Source: a virus
Lineage: Duplodnaviria; Caudoviricetes
IMG/VR virus record: IMGVR_UViG_3300025392_000653
Coordinates: 1 to 29,877 of that record
DNA: 29,877 bases
Strand: one strand, 5' to 3'
Made by a program: the position numbers and the translations under genes. This document shows positions 25,774 to 29,877 of this stretch, one piece after another. The notes below the pieces were generated by a model. It did no database searches. It had not been told where the DNA came from and saw only the letters and a program-made list of their open reading frames with translations. Positions within the stretch are counted from its first letter, which is position 1; every line of letters starts with the position of its first letter.

Positions 25774-27168
25774 TTAGGCGATCAAAAGCGTGGTGGCGAT
25801 GAGGTTGAAATACACGTTAAGGAACGGAAGCTGCGGAATCCACACGCAACTAATCCCGGCGTATTTACCAATCCCATAATCATTGGGATTTTCCTGCGCA
25901 TAGGTCAGGAATGGCTCCGCATTGATGACGATCTGCGTTTCATACAGACCAGCATTGAGGTTTGCGAGAAACTGCGCTTGCGGGAGCTTGGTTACGACAA
26001 TTTTGCCATTACCGACACCGCTTGCCACGCCTTTGGCTGCAACCTGAACAACGCGATTTTGCAAGCGATTGATGCCAGCCTGATTGTAATACAGAGGATT
26101 CAAGTTGGATGCAGAGCCATTGATGACTTCGTTGGCAAGGGCCTGCTGCATGTTGATCTGCGCCCAGTCAACCGAATACCAGAAGTTCCAGAAGTTGCCG
26201 TCCGACATCTTGCCTTGATAGACAATGTTGCTCGAAATACCGCCCTGCTGGCCAGTCCCAATCCAGCCGACATTATTGGTTGCCAAGCCCTGCAACACGC
26301 TCTGGTTGCCCGTGATTGGGTACGCGGTGGTGCCGTAGCTGGGCGCATAACTAAGCGGCGCGAGCTTGTTGCCACTGCTGGGCAGGGCCGTAAGCGCGGT
26401 GCCAAACGGCGAAGCAATCGAGAATTCAGTGGCCGGAAGGTTCGGTGCTTCGACCTGCGCGTACACGCAATTCAAGCCAGCATAAACGGTCTGGTTCGCA
26501 ACAGTCGTCGTGACCCAGAAGTTAATCAGCGCATTGACCGAAGTGTAGTTCGACAAGAACGTCAAAAATGCAGCGTTGTTGTCCCATTCGCGGGGGATCA
26601 AATAGCTGTAAATTTGCTGCTGCGTGCCAGCAACCTTGTTGATGAAGGTGGTAAGCGCAGCCACCCCTTCGGTCGGCGTGCCTTCACCAAGCTCGACCAC
26701 ATAAATCGACGGAACACCATTTCCGGCGAAATACGTATTTCCCATCTGCGTGACTTCAACAACCGACCCAAGGCTAACGGTTCCCGGCGTGGTTTCAGCG
26801 CCGGGATTGCTTGCCAAGGGGTAAGTCAGCGTATTTGCGCCGGTAATGGTCGCATTAAACGTGCCATTATACCCCGCAGGCACAGCCCCTGCGATCACGA
26901 TTGAAACAGGCGTGTCCCCAACAGTCCAGCCATGAGCCGCAGAGGTGGTAACGGTAACGGTACCAGTTGCCCACGTAAGCGAAGAAATCGTCTTTCCAGT
27001 TGCAAGGATCGACTGCAACTGAGCAAACGTGCTGACCAGAGAGGCAGTGCCCTTAGCGAGAGTCGTGCCACCTTGCGAAATGAATGCGCCATTTTGCTGA
27101 AGGTTATTCGGGGTCGGTGCCTGCAAAACCGAGGCATTAACCGTTACGATATTGATATTTGCTGCCAT
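25774..27168 (-). CDS. Contractile tail sheath protein
   Basis: NIVTVNAS N-terminus; G.MSDGNFWNFWYSVDWAQIN, PLYYNQAGINRLQ C-terminal sheath motifs. Confidence 0.88.
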   Translation of the reverse strand: MAANINIVTVNASVLQAPTPNNLQQNGAFISQGGTTLAKGTASLVSTFAQLQSILATGKTISSLTWATGTVTVTTSAAHGWTVGDTPVSIVIAGAVPAGYNGTFNATITGANTLTYPLASNPGAETTPGTVSLGSVVEVTQMGNTYFAGNGVPSIYVVELGEGTPTEGVAALTTFINKVAGTQQQIYSYLIPREWDNNAAFLTFLSNYTSVNALINFWVTTTVANQTVYAGLNCVYAQVEAPNLPATEFSIASPFGTALTALPSSGNKLAPLSYAPSYGTTAYPITGNQSVLQGLATNNVGWIGTGQQGGISSNIVYQGKMSDGNFWNFWYSVDWAQINMQQALANEVINGSASNLNPLYYNQAGINRLQNRVVQVAAKGVASGVGNGKIVVTKLPQAQFLANLNAGLYETQIVINAEPFLTYAQENPNDYGIGKYAGISCVWIPQLPFLNVYFNLIATTLLIA

Positions 27169-27214
27169 TTGACTGCCCTCTGGTCAGGATTAGATTGTCC
27201 GCTTCCTCACCTTA

Positions 27215-27622
27215 TCAGGTGAAGTTGCCAACAGCCACAACCGACACGTTAGCGCCCGTGGTCACATACCAACCCGGAGTTGCGGTCGTGGTGGCCTTGG
27301 CCTGCACCAGCACCTGAAAAGGCTTAAGATCAACTAGCGCGGTCGTGCCGCCGCCAGCAAAAAGCACAATCCCAGTCGAACCCGAACCATCATACAAGGT
27401 CACTGCGCCAGCAGCGGCAGTCGCGGGAACGATGGTGATCGCATACAGCGTATCGCCAACAGCGCCAACGGTGCCAAGAAGCTGCTTGGTCTGGCTTGCA
27501 GCAACCTGAAGGTGGACTTCGTTCTTTTCAGTGACGCGCAGGTTGCCCGCACCGTCAAGGCTGGTGAAGGAAATGCCGCCGTTTGCAGCAAGGGCGGTCT
27601 GTGCGGAAAGATTCTGGCTCAT
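27215..27622 (-). CDS. Hypothetical beta-rich virion protein (135 aa)
   Basis: GGAG RBS; A/G/T/V-rich beta strands; sits between neck and sheath genes. Confidence 0.7.
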   Translation of the reverse strand: MSQNLSAQTALAANGGISFTSLDGAGNLRVTEKNEVHLQVAASQTKQLLGTVGAVGDTLYAITIVPATAAAGAVTLYDGSGSTGIVLFAGGGTTALVDLKPFQVLVQAKATTTATPGWYVTTGANVSVVAVGNFT

Positions 27623-27637
27623 TTTAATTCTCCGTTC

Positions 27638-28606
27638 TCAAATCTCAGGGTAGACGTTTTTCAAGAAAGCCGATTTAATCAATTGCAGGGAAAGACTATT
27701 CATGCGGGACTGGTAATAGTTGACATCAAACACAATCGACTTTTTCTGTGCAATTGCGTTTATCTCCACCTGCCCTCTTTTACCATCCCGTGGGACAGGT
27801 GAATTCATAATACCGAAAATCTGCGGATTGTTCAAAGCGTAATTTTGAACTGAATCAATCCAATCCAAGATCATATCATTTCTAATGCCAAATGTCGTTA
27901 CCAGAACGCTATCTTTTGCAAGCTGCCACCGATTTCCATCAGCATCCCAGTACGGGTTTGCCTGCATTGGGCTTGTGCTGTTTTCGTCGATATGCACAAC
28001 GGCATAAGGCGGGTTCAAGTTATCTGGGACAAGATAGCTAGGATAAATTGGGAAAAGCTGATTTAGCGTAAGCCAAACCGGCAGCGAATTAGAAACAACT
28101 TGAGCTTGCGCAAGGCTGTTGGGGTCATTCAGAATTTGCGATGCAAGCGTGGAATAAACAGCATCGCCACTATAATGATAAAGACCCGATTGCCTGTACC
28201 AGCTTGATCGCGTCGAAAATGCGTATTGCTCGCCATCGGTGGTTGCTAGGTAAATATACTCTGGCGACATTTCCGCAAGATCGTTGATCGGTTGCAGGCT
28301 GGTAAACACCATCCGGTGAACCGAAAAACTCTCGTCCGGATCTTGCCTATTGGTTGTGGTGTGGTGCAGCGATCCCTTGGCCTCAAACTGCAACGAGAAA
28401 GAACTATCGTATGAACCGGGTGCAAGCAGCGCCGCTTCAACCCAAAACACAAACCCATCAACCGGCAGGACAATGCGCTTATAAAGCACGAAGGTGACAG
28501 TCTGCTGAAGGTCGAGCGTTTCAAGCCCTGCCCGCAGCGTTGACGACATCTGGCCTTGGTTGCCAGTAGTCTCAAAGATTGATCCGCCGCCGCTGGTGGC
28601 CATCAT
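27638..28606 (-). CDS. Head-closure / tail-completion protein
   Basis: YKRIVLPVDGFVFWV, GSLH, VVSNSLPVWL, YPSYLVPDNL.PPY; synteny in the neck module. Confidence 0.65.
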   Translation of the reverse strand: MMATSGGGSIFETTGNQGQMSSTLRAGLETLDLQQTVTFVLYKRIVLPVDGFVFWVEAALLAPGSYDSSFSLQFEAKGSLHHTTTNRQDPDESFSVHRMVFTSLQPINDLAEMSPEYIYLATTDGEQYAFSTRSSWYRQSGLYHYSGDAVYSTLASQILNDPNSLAQAQVVSNSLPVWLTLNQLFPIYPSYLVPDNLNPPYAVVHIDENSTSPMQANPYWDADGNRWQLAKDSVLVTTFGIRNDMILDWIDSVQNYALNNPQIFGIMNSPVPRDGKRGQVEINAIAQKKSIVFDVNYYQSRMNSLSLQLIKSAFLKNVYPEI

Positions 28607-29073
28607 TCCACCCAAGCGCGCATGGAAAGTTCATACGTCGATGTGTCCACGAACGACGGACGCGCATGATCGCTAACTTTGTTTTTGAAACGCAGCGAGC
28701 GACGATCAAGAGCGGCTTTTGTCGGAACGCCGGGAATGCCCATGCTTTCAATTTCGGCGGTCATCAGGAATGTGCGAAACTCCGCCTGAATGCTTTGACC
28801 AGCATCCGCAAACGGATCAACCACCGGGCCACCCGAAAACAAAGTCTCAAGAGCACCCTCGACAGAAGAAATAAGCGATGAAGTTACGGTGTCTTTGTGC
28901 GCGTCGTAAAACGCTTGCATCACTCCGTATTTTTCTTCCAAAATGGTTGCAACTTCAACCGTTGTGGTTGCAGCGCCGCGCGAACTGCCTTCGCCACGTT
29001 TGGGCTTTTTCTTTGGCGTCGAGCCCTCGTTTTCATAGGGTACGTCAATGACACCCAAAACTAGATCGGTCAT
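28603..29073 (-). CDS. Neck / tail-completion protein
   Basis: LVLGVIDVPY, VATILEEKY, RPSFVDTSTYELSMRAWVE; TGATG coupling. Confidence 0.7.
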   Translation of the reverse strand: MTDLVLGVIDVPYENEGSTPKKKPKRGEGSSRGAATTTVEVATILEEKYGVMQAFYDAHKDTVTSSLISSVEGALETLFSGGPVVDPFADAGQSIQAEFRTFLMTAEIESMGIPGVPTKAALDRRSLRFKNKVSDHARPSFVDTSTYELSMRAWVE

Positions 29074-29564
29074 CAATCTAGCCCCCAATTGGTGCCATAG
29101 TCTTGCGCATATCCAAGGTAGGTGCGCCCCCAAACTGTGGTTGTCAACTGAAGCTGACCAATTGTCAGGTTTTCCGCCTGCCGGGGCACAACCATACTTG
29201 CGCTAGTGCCTTCATCGCTAGACGATTGAACAATGCCGGTTGTAAAGCCAAGCATGTTGTTCTGCTTGCGAAGGTACTGAAAGAACCCGTAATTGACGTT
29301 TTCGACGGTGATATACACCAATCCCGGAACGTCTGGCGCCCAAGTTACCAATAGGTGCCCGGCCAAATTGTAAACCATTTGCAGGTAAATCGGGCCGGGC
29401 GAATTCATGAAGTACGGGTTAACCGTACCCATCGAAGTGTTGTAGGCGTAACCAATAACAGGGGAATCAACGGGCAGATATTGCGCAGGCACGCCCATAA
29501 CCGAGTAAATCCAATCGGAAAAACCGGCTTCGGTAGGGATAGGCGTGTAAGGATAAATCTGCAC
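29073..29564 (-). CDS. Head-tail adaptor (DUF4054-like)
   Basis: VYNLAGHLL, GIVQSSSDEGTS, TVWGRTYL motifs. Confidence 0.75.
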   Translation of the reverse strand: MQIYPYTPIPTEAGFSDWIYSVMGVPAQYLPVDSPVIGYAYNTSMGTVNPYFMNSPGPIYLQMVYNLAGHLLVTWAPDVPGLVYITVENVNYGFFQYLRKQNNMLGFTTGIVQSSSDEGTSASMVVPRQAENLTIGQLQLTTTVWGRTYLGYAQDYGTNWGLD

Positions 29565-29581
29565 GAAGTTCCCCTGTTACC

Positions 29582-29877
29582 TTACGACTTGCGCGGACGG
29601 CCGCGAGCGCGTGACTGGGTGGAATCTGCATCGTGCTTGATGCGCAACCCCTCTTCCAGCTTCGGCGCGGTCATTTCGGGATCGCTCTGGCCCACGGATT
29701 CAAATTCCATTTCGAAGCCAGCCGACTGACCATTGCCCAATTCGCTGGCAAGTTCGCGCAGGCCGTAATCGGAAACGATTGCAAGGTTCCTGCGGCGCTC
29801 AATGCCAATATCAGTCAGGCGTCCCATGTTATGCGCCTTCACATCATCGCAAATTGCACGGGGGATGGGCTTATCCA
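29582..29877 (-). CDS. Partial hypothetical protein of the head/neck module (start lies outside the window)
   Basis: The frame stays open to the window edge (DKPIPRAICDDVKAHNMG...); basic RGRPRKS C-terminus. Confidence 0.7.
   Translation of the reverse strand, partial: DKPIPRAICDDVKAHNMGRLTDIGIERRRNLAIVSDYGLRELASELGNGQSAGFEMEFESVGQSDPEMTAPKLEEGLRIKHDADSTQSRARGRPRKS

Noticed and set aside
24669-26904. Long + strand ORFs 24669-25319 and 25978-26904 (also 19061-19645 and 20667-21290)
   Set aside because: Antisense to well-supported structural genes, with no motifs or convincing RBS
4418-29133. Longest-ORF starts in the track (5455, 5880, 14557, 15768, 16516, 17568, 28615, 29133)
   Set aside because: Downstream ATGs have an RBS, stop-start coupling or avoid long overlaps with the upstream gene, so starts were shortened
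1-29877. tRNA genes, integrase or att site, IS elements, alternative genetic code
   Set aside because: No cloverleaf, recombinase or transposase motifs were seen; genes tile densely under the standard code. Lifestyle and host genus cannot be determined from this window.

Overview
A 29.9-kb segment of a tailed phage or prophage with a contractile (myovirus-type) tail. The host is diderm, since a two-component spanin is present. There are two convergent arms meeting at about 4251-4254. The + arm (1-4254) is an early module: a 20-aa-repeat protein (partial), ERF recombinase, YqaJ/lambda-exo nuclease, SSB, a small ORF + XRE-HTH pair with its own promoter-like leader, and mosaic small genes including a Lar-like zinc finger. 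The - arm (29877 to 4251) is the late operon: head-tail and neck genes, sheath, tube, chaperone with a -1 frameshift site, tape measure with a lytic transglycosylase, baseplate, short tail fibre plus chaperone, and a lysis cassette (GH108 endolysin, holin candidates, i-spanin with embedded o-spanin). After lysis comes a second ~8-kb appendage-like module, then a metallophosphoesterase. The most unusual items are: (i) two Sec-signal-peptide, paired-cysteine proteins inside the collagen-fibre module, one apparently paralogous to an adjacent signal-less, Cys-free protein; (ii) an acr-aca-like two-gene cassette preceded by an H-type pseudoknot; (iii) a chaperone frameshift with a 54-codon dual-coding overlap. 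All family assignments are by eye from motifs and synteny; no searches were run.
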